Shown one piece after another: positions 37,335 through 45,930 of a stretch of DNA of 64,000 nt. The notes under the pieces were generated by a model. The model was not told where the DNA came from. It did no database searches and saw nothing but the letters and a program-made list of their open reading frames with translations. The DNA comes from Salinivirgaceae bacterium (GTDB lineage Bacteria > Bacteroidota > Bacteroidia > Bacteroidales > SZUA-534), in the NCBI GenBank assembly GCA_017527435.1, contig JAFXQB010000006.1, forward strand, positions 23,098 to 87,097, given 5' to 3'. Position 1 is the stretch's first letter. Each line of letters starts with the position of its first letter. A program made the translations under genes and the position numbers.

Positions 37335-38042
37335 TCATCTGCGTTCATTCTTGTCGAGTTGTGCCAAATCAACAACCGTCAGCGTTTGACCATCAACTTT
37401 GAACTTCACATCGTATCCGGCAAACGGCATTCCGAAAATCTTGTCGGTGCCGGCTTGCACGGGCGGCCGCGGATCGTTCTGCAGCACACACACGAGAGTG
37501 TCGGCCAAATTGTTGCCTAATTTTTGACGGAACGAGTCGGGCAGAACCACATCCAAATGGCTGAATTCCACATCATCGACAAAGCCCGAACGAGCTTGGC
37601 TGATGCTGTCGGCGTAGGCCACGTACGGCTTGATGTCGAAGATGGGCGTGCCGTCCATCAAATCGGCGCCAAGCACATGAATGACAGGGCCTTGCGGTGT
37701 CTCTAATTCGATTCGTTCGATTTCAACCGCCGACAGTCCCAAGCCATTCGGGCGGAATGGTGAGCGCGAAGCGAAAACACCCACCTGCCGGTTCCCGCCA
37801 AGGCGCGGCGGGCGCACCATGGGCTGCCAACCACTTTGCCGGTTGGCCGAAAAATGCCAAATGAGCCATAGGTGCGAGAACCCTTCGAGTCCGCGCAGAG
37901 CATCGGCGTTGCGGTATTTGGGGCAGAAGACAATCTGTCCGCGCAAGGTTGGCACAACACCGCTCTGACGCGGAATGCCGAACTTGCTCGGAAAATCGGT
38001 GCGAATGTGTGCAACGGGCTCTATTTCAAGTTTTTCAGCCAT
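37335..38042 (-). CDS. trmO: tRNA (N6-threonylcarbamoyladenosine(37)-N6)-methyltransferase TrmO (TsaA/YaeB)
   Basis: IEPVAHIRTDFPSKFGIPRQ, GVFASRSPFRPNGLGLS, MDGTPIFDIKPY. Confidence 0.9.
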   Translation of the reverse strand: MAEKLEIEPVAHIRTDFPSKFGIPRQSGVVPTLRGQIVFCPKYRNADALRGLEGFSHLWLIWHFSANRQSGWQPMVRPPRLGGNRQVGVFASRSPFRPNGLGLSAVEIERIELETPQGPVIHVLGADLMDGTPIFDIKPYVAYADSISQARSGFVDDVEFSHLDVVLPDSFRQKLGNNLADTLVCVLQNDPRPPVQAGTDKIFGMPFAGYDVKFKVDGQTLTVVDLAQLDKNERR

Positions 38043-38416
38043 TCGTCGGTCTTTTTTCTGATTGTCTCTTCATCGAAGCCGTAGAAGGTGAGTTGCCAAA
38101 GGACAAACACGGCAATTTCGGGTTGCGAGAATTTGGCAAATGATTGAGCATCAATACGGTTCCCCAATATTTCGTTCCAAGGTGCGATGGTTATGCTGTA
38201 TTCTTTGCCGTCGCACACGGTTGTAACATCAACATTTTCAGCGTCAATGCGCACGAGTTTCAGCGTGTCGGCGTTCTGCTGCGGTTCCATATTTTGTAGC
38301 ATATTGAACGCACGTTTGAACCCCGACAAACTCGACTGATATTTAGAGAAATACATCATCAGCGTGGCTTCAACCGACGGCCAACTTTGCGCTTTTATGA
38401 GTTCGCTGAATGTCAT
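38021..38416 (-). CDS. Hypothetical protein (131 aa)
   Basis: The ATG at 38416 lies 14 nt after the stop of the upstream gene, and the 3' end overlaps the trmO start by 22 nt. C-terminal EIAVFVLWQLTFYGFDEETI. No family assigned with confidence. Confidence 0.55.
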   Translation of the reverse strand: MTFSELIKAQSWPSVEATLMMYFSKYQSSLSGFKRAFNMLQNMEPQQNADTLKLVRIDAENVDVTTVCDGKEYSITIAPWNEILGNRIDAQSFAKFSQPEIAVFVLWQLTFYGFDEETIRKKTDEWLKNLK

Positions 38417-38430
38417 CTCACAATAGGTTT

Positions 38431-40011
38431 TTACCCCCTTCTCATCCCTTCCACCTTCGATTTCAAGGCCCTGAATGTTCCATCTTCCTGAATGCACATT
38501 GTTCGCATAATCTGCTCTTTTTCAAAGCCTTTCGCCTGAAGGATTTTGAAGAATGTCTGGCGCGGGTTGAGCGAGTTGTATTCTTCTTCGATTTGCGCCA
38601 AAAGGCTCAAATCCAATGTTTTGTAGTATTCAAGAAAACGCTCGTAGTCGCGTTTGTTCCACTGGCCGCTGTTGCCGCCGCGGACGAAAATCTCTTCGTA
38701 GAGTTGCTTACCCTGACTGTATATTTCGGCGTAGCGGCTTTCGATTTCGTTGATTTTGCGCTGCAAACGGGCTATTTCGCGCTCATTGTCAACCGATTCG
38801 CCTGCTGTGCGCAACTCTTCAATCTTGTCGTGCGACTCTTTCAGAATCTGGCGGTTCTGCGCCAATTCGCGCTCGTAGCGGCGGCGCTGGCGGACGAAAA
38901 CAACCGTCAGCAGGGCAATCAGTGCGGCAAAACCCAACACCAAGGCAAAAACAATGCGCTGCGTGCGGTTCTGGTTGGCAAGTCGCAGTAAATCAAAGTC
39001 GTAATTGGTGCTGGCAGTATATACGCGGCTGCTTTCGGTGGCGCTCTGAAAAATTTTGTGGACTAACGGTCGCAGTTCGGCAGCTGTGCGGTCGGCTTCG
39101 GCTAGCATACCGTGGCGGTGATAATAATCGAAGAAATATTCAAGAACAAGGGCCCGATTAGCGTCACCAATTGAGCTGCTCTGATAAAAATCAATGGCAT
39201 CCTGCAAGCGGTTCAAGCAAAGATAACTCTTTATGCGTGACAATTTTGCGACGTCGTTCCACGGATTAATCTCGGCCGCCTTGAGCGCATAGCGAAGCGA
39301 CTTTTCGGGTTCTTCTTCGGCGAAAATGAGTCCGTATTCGGACAAAAATCCATAATTGGTGGTGTCGATTTTCTCACTTTCGCGTATATAATATTTCGCG
39401 CTGTCCATCAATCCGTTAAAAAAGAAAATATCGGTCTTTATGGCGAGATATTGGGCCTTTTGGTCGGTGCTGCGGGCATATGGCCTTATTTTCTCGACAA
39501 GTCCCAACCCGCGCACGCCCAAATCGAACGTACTGCCTTCGGAATAGAACCGCCAAAATGTGATATGGAACTTCAACTCATTGTTTGTGAGCGTTTTGGC
39601 AACATCTTCAGCCTGACGCAAAACCACAACGCCCGTGGCATAGTTGCCCGAAAACATATTCTTAACCGACTTCAAGTAAAGCGCCCACGCAAGTTTTTCT
39701 GAATCAGACGTTTTGCGATAAAAATCGATACAATGGTTGAGCCGCGCGGTGTCGGCAATTCCATTGAAATCCAACAGCGTGAATTTGCCTTTGTAGAGTG
39801 ATTTCAAGAGCGTTAGATAGACGCTGTCGGCATCGGACAATGGCTGTTTGAGGTCGGACTCGTGGTTTTTGAGGTACTCTTCGGACATCTCGTACTCGCC
39901 ATCGCTGAAAAGCGCATAGGCACGGTCGAAAATGGGTTGGTTTACAGACTCTTGGGTGCAGCCGAACAAAACGGCGGCAAGAGTTATCGACAATAATAGT
40001 TTGAGTTTCAT
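38431..40011 (-). CDS. Lipoprotein-anchored TPR sensor / single TM / coiled coil / LuxR-like HTH protein (putative transmembrane one-component regulator)
   Basis: MKLKLLLSITLAAVLFGC lipobox and a ~330-aa TPR-like ectodomain. TM helix IVFALVLGFAALIALLTVVFV, then a coiled coil. C-terminal LNPRQTFFKILQAKGFEKEQIMRTMCIQEDGTFRALKSKV resembles a degenerate LuxR-type HTH. Confidence 0.5.
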   Translation of the reverse strand: MKLKLLLSITLAAVLFGCTQESVNQPIFDRAYALFSDGEYEMSEEYLKNHESDLKQPLSDADSVYLTLLKSLYKGKFTLLDFNGIADTARLNHCIDFYRKTSDSEKLAWALYLKSVKNMFSGNYATGVVVLRQAEDVAKTLTNNELKFHITFWRFYSEGSTFDLGVRGLGLVEKIRPYARSTDQKAQYLAIKTDIFFFNGLMDSAKYYIRESEKIDTTNYGFLSEYGLIFAEEEPEKSLRYALKAAEINPWNDVAKLSRIKSYLCLNRLQDAIDFYQSSSIGDANRALVLEYFFDYYHRHGMLAEADRTAAELRPLVHKIFQSATESSRVYTASTNYDFDLLRLANQNRTQRIVFALVLGFAALIALLTVVFVRQRRRYERELAQNRQILKESHDKIEELRTAGESVDNEREIARLQRKINEIESRYAEIYSQGKQLYEEIFVRGGNSGQWNKRDYERFLEYYKTLDLSLLAQIEEEYNSLNPRQTFFKILQAKGFEKEQIMRTMCIQEDGTFRALKSKVEGMRRG

Positions 40012-40120
40012 ATAGTTATTGATTTGGCGCAAAAGTATGATTTTCTTTTAATTTTGCCCCGCATTATTTTTTTTGCCAAACAGATTGTTTTTCGTATTCT
40101 TGCTAAACAAATTGATTTTT

Positions 40121-40387
40121 ATGCAAACAGCAATAAATTATCAGGATATGTCGGCGGTTGAAGCACTATGGACGCTCTACCAACAGCAGTCGGAGCGTGT
40201 GCGCAAGGCCTTCCGCAGCCGCATAGCGCAGGAAGATACCGAGGAAAAGCCGTGCATCAGCGAGGCGGAAGCCAAAGCATTGACTTTGCAGCGCGGACGC
40301 GACATCAAGGCTGGACGCTCGAAACTAATTGCCCACGATACGGTTATGCACGAAATGGAGCAAATGATTTCCAACTATGGAAATTGA
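40121..40387 (+). CDS. Putative type II antitoxin (partner of the ParE/RelE-like toxin)
   Basis: 88 aa from the ATG at 40121. Overlaps the toxin start by 11 nt. The call rests on position and size; no clear RHH motif was recognised. Confidence 0.5.
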   Translation: MQTAINYQDMSAVEALWTLYQQQSERVRKAFRSRIAQEDTEEKPCISEAEAKALTLQRGRDIKAGRSKLIAHDTVMHEMEQMISNYGN

Positions 40388-40683
40388 GTGGAGTGAGCAA
40401 TCGCGTGACGACCTGCGCAATATACTTTTGTATGTTGCTGAAAACTTTGGTCGCCGCACGGCCGAAGCGGTGTTGGCCGATATTCGCAGCCGTTCCAATT
40501 TGCTGAAAGACTTCCCAATGTTGGGACGTGTTTTTGTAAAAGACCCCGAACAAGGTATCATCTACCGTCACCACCAAACTGAACAAAATAGTATATTTCA
40601 TTGACGGCGAGACGATAGTTATTGTCACAGTGTGGCAGAACCGCCGCGACATTGGTCGTCTAAAAAAACAATTAACACAATAG
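40377..40683 (+). pseudogene. RelE/ParE family toxin interrupted by a +1 frameshift near 40560-40578
   Basis: Frame A (40377-40604) reads MEIEWSEQSRDDLRNILLYVAENFGRRTAEAVLADIRSRSNLLKDFPMLGR...IIYRHHQTEQNSIFH*. Frame A+1 continues as ...TKLNKIVYFIDGETIVIVTVWQNRRDIGRLKKQLTQ* (stop 40681-40683), which is the canonical ParE C-terminus. Confidence 0.7.
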
Positions 40684-40695
40684 AGAATGGTAAAA

Positions 40696-40720
40696 AACAG
40701 GACCGAAATCCTGTTTTTTT
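40696..40720 (+). terminator. Rho-independent terminator after the toxin-antitoxin pair
   Basis: aacaggaccgaaatcctgtt followed by ttttt. Confidence 0.75.
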
Positions 40721-41203
40721 GTGCTTCCAATTCTGCACTTTCCCATACTTTCCTTGAAAAATCCGCCGCCGCCCGCCGAAAAGCACCGTTCCCGAACCGA
40801 AAACACGGCTTTGTAAAACGCTGATTATCATTGGTGTTGAAAATGTTGCGGTTTTGGTACATCTTAATAATCAACCGATTAGCCAAAAAGGCGGTTTTTA
40901 GAGTGTCTTTCTGACACAAATTTCAGCAAAAAATCAAAAAAAATACGAGTGCCGAATCCTGACTTACAATCCTGACTATCAGTGTGTAACAAAACGGCAA
41001 CACTGTTAAGATTTTGCCATCTTGAACCATTTATCAGGTTGAATATCAGTAATATAAACGGCAACGTACGCGCGAAAACACTGAACATCAATCGATTAAC
41101 TGCTGTAGATTTGTCAGTGAAGTCAGTTGACAATTGAAAATTGAAAATTGACAGTTGAAGGAATTAGTGAACAAACATTAAATAACAATTAAAAACTAAA
41201 AAA

Positions 41204-43546
41204 ATGAAAAGATTAGTTTCAGCAGTTTTGGCGACCTTGTTTGGCGCGCAGATTGCAACCGCACAACAGACAATCAACGGACGCATCACCGACGGTGAGG
41301 CTCAACCTGTTGAATTTGCAAACATTATTCTAATGGCCGCCGACTCGGCATTCTTGGGCGGCACAGTGTCGGACCTTGACGGGCGCTTCACGCTTGCGCA
41401 ACCCGCCAACGCACACTATATTAGTATATCGAGCATCGGCTACGAGCGTTTCTTGAAACCGATTGCTGAAGTGGCTGATTTTCAGAATATCACACTGAAC
41501 GCGGAATCGACCGAACTTGGCGAGGTGACGGTGAAGGCCATCGCGCCGAAGACGCAACTGAAAGACGGCGCAATGGTGACAACCGTGCAGGGCACCACGC
41601 TTTCGCGGACGGCCAGCACCACGCGAATGCTGTCGAACATTCCAGGAATCATCAAACGCAACGGAAATCTTGAAGTCATCGGCCGCGGCACACCCGAAAT
41701 CTACATCAACAACCGCAAGGTGCGCGATTGGAACGAGTTGGAAACGCTGTCGCCCGAAAACATTAAGAATGTGGAAGTTATATCGTCGCCAGGGGCACGC
41801 TACGACGCTTCGGTGACATCGGTGGTGCGCATCACAACCATCGCGCCCACGGGCGAAGGCTTCGGTTTCTCGCTTGAGTCGAGTTTCGGCCAGGGCTTCC
41901 GCGACTACACCCGCTGCTACCAGGAAAAGGCCAATTTCAACTATCGCAAAAACGGTTTCGACCTGTTCGCCAACTTCCGCGCCGACATCAATCCAAAGGC
42001 GGGCACGCGAATGGACATTTACACCCTTAACAATTCCGATCACCGTTGGGAAACCAACAACTCGATTAAGGGCACGCAGAAAAACCAGTATGTGCCGACC
42101 ACCTTCGGGCTCAACTACCAGATTGACGAGCGCAACTCGGTGGGCGCACAGTTCACCCACAAAACCGTTATGAATGAGAAAACCAACGCCCGAAACACGC
42201 TCGACGTTATGCGCGACGGCCAGTTTTTCGACCACATTCTGACGCAGACCGAAGAGCGCCGCACCCACGATTTTGAGAACGACCTGAACGCCTACTTCAA
42301 CGGCGCGATTGGCGACTTCACAATCGATTTTAATGCCGACTTTGTTTATAATCCTACTGATAAAGAAGGTGTTACACCTGAAGAGAGCGACAACTACGAC
42401 GACCGCAACATTGTGACAACAAACAGCGTGCTGAACAAGTTGGCGGCCCAGAAACTTGTTGTGGGACACGAACTTTTGGGCGGCCGCATCGACGTTGGCG
42501 CCGAGGCCACCTTCACCAACCGCACCGACGAGACTTCGAGCAACCTTGAAGAGTTTGTGCCGTCGGTGAGCAGCGAAGCACGGCAGAAGGCCATTGCGGG
42601 ATTCGCCGAGTACAAACGCACTTTCGCCCAGAAATACAGCCTTACGGCGGGCTTGCGCTACGAGCATCTGAACCTTGACTTCTACAACAACGGCCAACTT
42701 GACAGCGAGGCTTCGACGGTCTATAGCGAACTGTTCCCGTCAGTATCGTTCAGCGGGGTGATAGGCAAATACATTCAGTTGCAATTCGCTTATAATGAGA
42801 AGATTTCGCGACCATCGTACTTCAGTATGAGCAACAACGTGACCTACGCGAGCCGCTATCTGCAGCAGAAGGGCAACCCCACGCTGAAGCCGACCATCAT
42901 CCGCTCGGCCGAACTGACGGCAACGCTTGTGGTGCTTCAGTTGAAGGCCATCTACACGCACAACAAGAATCACTACATACAGTATCAGGTTGTGAATGAG
43001 GAACATCCAGAGTCGGAAGTCCTGCATTGGATAAACCTTGACAAACCGACGCTGAACCTGCAGGTTGCCACCCAACTGCCATTGGGCATCTACAAGCCGA
43101 CAATCGCCTATTTCGTTATGAAACAATGGATTGATGACATTGAGTCGGAAGGCAGAATGGTGTCGTGCAACAAGCCGATTCAGGGATTTATGTTCAACAA
43201 CTCGGTTGAACTGAAGAGCGGTTGGCTGTTTGAGTTGAACACGCAGTTCCTTGGCAAGGGCGGCTGCCAGGATTTGGTTGAGTTGCGCAACCGCACTCTC
43301 GACGTCAACTTCTACGTTCATAAATCGTTCTTCAACAAGGCTTTGAACATTGAAGCGGGAATCAGCGACATCTTTGAGAAGGGCGACAACAAAGTCAAAC
43401 TCTACAAGCAGTCGGGCTACCTTGAGCAGACCAACATCAACGACCGCCGCCGCTTCTCGGTGAGCGTGAAGTACAACTTCAACCCCGCAAAGAGCAAATA
43501 CAAAGGCACCGGCGCAGGAAACGACGAGAAGAGCAGACTTAATTAA
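41204..43546 (+). CDS. Outer-membrane beta-barrel / TonB-dependent-receptor-like protein with an N-terminal carboxypeptidase-regulatory-like domain
   Basis: Signal peptide, then INGRITDGEAQPVEFANIIL...DLDGRFTL (CarboxypepD_reg). A plug-like segment follows (LSNIPGIIKRNGNLEVIGRGTPEIYINNRKV). The long beta-rich C-terminus ends KYNF. Confidence 0.8.
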   Translation: MKRLVSAVLATLFGAQIATAQQTINGRITDGEAQPVEFANIILMAADSAFLGGTVSDLDGRFTLAQPANAHYISISSIGYERFLKPIAEVADFQNITLNAESTELGEVTVKAIAPKTQLKDGAMVTTVQGTTLSRTASTTRMLSNIPGIIKRNGNLEVIGRGTPEIYINNRKVRDWNELETLSPENIKNVEVISSPGARYDASVTSVVRITTIAPTGEGFGFSLESSFGQGFRDYTRCYQEKANFNYRKNGFDLFANFRADINPKAGTRMDIYTLNNSDHRWETNNSIKGTQKNQYVPTTFGLNYQIDERNSVGAQFTHKTVMNEKTNARNTLDVMRDGQFFDHILTQTEERRTHDFENDLNAYFNGAIGDFTIDFNADFVYNPTDKEGVTPEESDNYDDRNIVTTNSVLNKLAAQKLVVGHELLGGRIDVGAEATFTNRTDETSSNLEEFVPSVSSEARQKAIAGFAEYKRTFAQKYSLTAGLRYEHLNLDFYNNGQLDSEASTVYSELFPSVSFSGVIGKYIQLQFAYNEKISRPSYFSMSNNVTYASRYLQQKGNPTLKPTIIRSAELTATLVVLQLKAIYTHNKNHYIQYQVVNEEHPESEVLHWINLDKPTLNLQVATQLPLGIYKPTIAYFVMKQWIDDIESEGRMVSCNKPIQGFMFNNSVELKSGWLFELNTQFLGKGGCQDLVELRNRTLDVNFYVHKSFFNKALNIEAGISDIFEKGDNKVKLYKQSGYLEQTNINDRRRFSVSVKYNFNPAKSKYKGTGAGNDEKSRLN

Positions 43547-43579
43547 GGATTGAAGGATTGAATAATTGAAGGATTGAAT
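43545..43579 (+). repeat. Word GAAGGATTGAA x3, beginning at the stop codon of the OMP gene
   Basis: aaggattgaaggattgaataattgaaggattgaat. Confidence 0.8.
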
Positions 43580-43639
43580 TTTAGAATAGTTAGTTATCTA
43601 AACAGCGAAGCGACTAAACCTTCAGAACTTTAAGAAAGA

Positions 43640-43666
43640 GGCTGTCCAAAAAGTTTTTGGGCGGCC
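43640..43666 (+). terminator. Terminator of the OMP gene
   Basis: ggctgtccaaaaagtttttgggcggcc hairpin followed by tttt. Closely resembles the terminator at 45500. Confidence 0.7.
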
Positions 43667-43772
43667 TTTTCGTTTGACAGTTATAGGTAACACACACGCA
43701 AACTCTTTTTGGACATATTTACTTTGAATTATTTATCAAAAAATTCTTTCTTTTGCCTTACATATCATTTGT

Positions 43773-43811
43773 TTGCCAACAAGATGGTTTGTATCTATAA
43801 AATGTTGGCAA
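43773..43811 (+). promoter_or_regulatory. Candidate operator: 9-nt inverted repeat TTGCCAACA-N21-TGTTGGCAA upstream of the mannitol-dehydrogenase-family gene
   Basis: A perfect 9/9 inverted repeat ending 52 nt upstream of the ATG at 43864. Confidence 0.4.
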
Positions 43812-43863
43812 TCTGACGTATAACGGCATCAACATAAATTCAGTCATATAAAATGTTTAAAAG

Positions 43864-45474
43864 ATGAAACTGACTAAACAAGGATTACAAAACAAAGCGG
43901 AGTGGGAAGCGAAAGGCTACTCACTTCCACAATTCGATCGGGAAAAAGTTGAGGCTGCAACTAAAAAAGAGCCGTTTTGGATTCACTTCGGTGCCGGAAA
44001 CATTTTTCGTGCTTTTCAGGCCAATGTGGTGCAGGAACTTTTAAACAAGGGTGTGATAAACCGTGGTCTTGTGGTCGCTGAAGGCTACGACTACGAGATT
44101 ATCGAGAAAATGTACCGCCCCCACGACAACATCGGTGCGCTTGTAACACTCAAATCGAGCGGAAATGTCGAAAAAACTGTGGTCGGCTCAATTATGGAAT
44201 CGCTGACGGCCGACAGTTCCAATGCCAACGAATGGTCGCGGCTGATTGAGATTTTCCGAAATCCTTCGCTTCAAATGGTCACATTCACCATTACAGAAAA
44301 AGGCTATCTGCTGAAAAATGCGGCTGGCGTGTTTATGCCTGGTGTTGAAAGCGATTTTGCCGAAGGTCCGGTCCTTCCAAAATCTTACATCGGAAAAGTT
44401 GTCACATTGCTTTATGAGCGTTACGCCAACGGCGAACTTCCCATTGCAATGGTAAGTATGGACAACTGCTCGCACAACGGCGACAAACTGTATGCCGCTG
44501 TCAATGAGTTTGCTAAAGAGTGGGAGAAACGCGGTGTTTGCAAAAAGGGCTTCCTTGATTATGTGAATAACGCCAGCAAGGTGTCGTTCCCCTGGACAAT
44601 GATTGATAAAATCACTCCGCGTCCCGACGCCAAAATTGAGAAGATTCTTGCCGACGACGGAATTGAACAGCTTGAGCCCGTCATCACAAGCAAGAAAACC
44701 TACGTGGCGCCTTTTGTCAACGCCGAAGAGTGCCAATATCTGGTTCTTGAGGATAATTTCCCCAACGGCCGTCCCGAACTTGAAAAAGCGGGATTGTATT
44801 TCACCAATCGCGAGACGGTGGACAAGGTGGAGAAAATGAAGGTGTGCACTTGCTTGAACCCGCTTCACACATTCCTTGCCGTAAGCGGCTGTCTGCTTGG
44901 CTACACTCTTATAGCCGACGAAATGAAAGACCCTGATTTGCTGCGTCTTGTTAAGCGTTTGGGATATGAGGAAGGCCTGCCTGTTGTTGTTGACCCAGGC
45001 ATCATCAAACCGCGCAACTTTATCGACGAAGTGGTTGACATCCGCATCCCGAATCCGTTTATGCCTGACACACCGCAGCGCATTGCTTGCGACACATCGC
45101 AGAAATTGAGCATACGCTTTGGCGAAACAATTAAAGGCTATCTCTCACGCAACGATTTGAATGTGGCCAACTTGGAGGTTATTCCCGCTGTTTTCGCTTT
45201 GTGGATGCGCTACCTTATTGCAATCGACGATAACGGAAACGCTTTTGAGTTAAGCCCCGACCCGCTTTTGGACGATGTGAGAAAATACGTCGCCGATGTC
45301 AAGATTGGCGGAGACGCGGCAGCGGCTTGCAAGGCAGTTGAGCCGCTTATGCACCGTAAAGAGATTTTCGGCGTCGATTTGTTTGAAGCAGGGCTTGCCA
45401 ATAAGGTATGCGGCTATTTTGCAAAACTGATTGCAGACAAAGGCTCTGTCAGAGCAGTGCTGAAAGGTATTTGA
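43864..45474 (+). CDS. Mannitol dehydrogenase family oxidoreductase (fructuronate/mannonate-type, long form)
   Basis: 536 aa. N-terminal Rossmann motif WIHFGAGNIFRAF and the general layout of the long UxuB-like family. Substrate not determinable. Confidence 0.75.
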   Translation: MKLTKQGLQNKAEWEAKGYSLPQFDREKVEAATKKEPFWIHFGAGNIFRAFQANVVQELLNKGVINRGLVVAEGYDYEIIEKMYRPHDNIGALVTLKSSGNVEKTVVGSIMESLTADSSNANEWSRLIEIFRNPSLQMVTFTITEKGYLLKNAAGVFMPGVESDFAEGPVLPKSYIGKVVTLLYERYANGELPIAMVSMDNCSHNGDKLYAAVNEFAKEWEKRGVCKKGFLDYVNNASKVSFPWTMIDKITPRPDAKIEKILADDGIEQLEPVITSKKTYVAPFVNAEECQYLVLEDNFPNGRPELEKAGLYFTNRETVDKVEKMKVCTCLNPLHTFLAVSGCLLGYTLIADEMKDPDLLRLVKRLGYEEGLPVVVDPGIIKPRNFIDEVVDIRIPNPFMPDTPQRIACDTSQKLSIRFGETIKGYLSRNDLNVANLEVIPAVFALWMRYLIAIDDNGNAFELSPDPLLDDVRKYVADVKIGGDAAAACKAVEPLMHRKEIFGVDLFEAGLANKVCGYFAKLIADKGSVRAVLKGI

Positions 45475-45499
45475 TAATAAATTCTATAATCAGAACGAG

Positions 45500-45531
45500 G
45501 CTGCCCAAGAGTTTTTGGGCAGCTTTTTTTT
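45500..45531 (+). terminator. Rho-independent terminator
   Basis: gctgcccaagagtttttgggcagc followed by T8. Confidence 0.8.
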
Positions 45532-45930
45532 GTAAAACATACAAGAAGAGTTTGTTTTCAGATATTCAAAAACTCACACACGAATAGCGATTTGCCTGAT
45601 TTTGCCGCCATAATTCATTTAAGTTCAGGCACTTTCAATAAATGATATGAATCAAGAATTTTCAAAGCCCACTCTTGCGCGGACAACAAAATGAACTGAT
45701 TTAGAAAGTTGTTATCTTCTTGATTATCAATACGCACCATTTTGGTGCGCTGTTAAGATTTTATTGCACTAAAATCCGATGACCCCTTATAACACACTGA
45801 TAATCTGGTGTTTAACACTAAAATCAACCGCAACACGCGCCGAACAATTATTTGCAACATCGGCGGGCGGCATTTACTTTTGGCTTGCGATTTTGAAACG
45901 AACAGTTTAACAATTAAAAAACAAATAGAT

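Noticed and set aside
40344-40919. 191-aa minus-strand ORF overlapping the toxin gene.
   Set aside because: It runs antisense through the ParE-like gene and its terminator hairpin, and the translation has no recognisable features.
40930-41070. TPP-riboswitch-like strings (cctgact..., cttgaaccatttatcaggttgaatatcag) upstream of the outer-membrane protein.
   Set aside because: There is only partial resemblance to the UGAGA / ACCCUUUGAACCUGAUC...GGAUAAUGCC core. I could not build the P2/P4-P5 pairings, and ACCC and AGGGA are missing.
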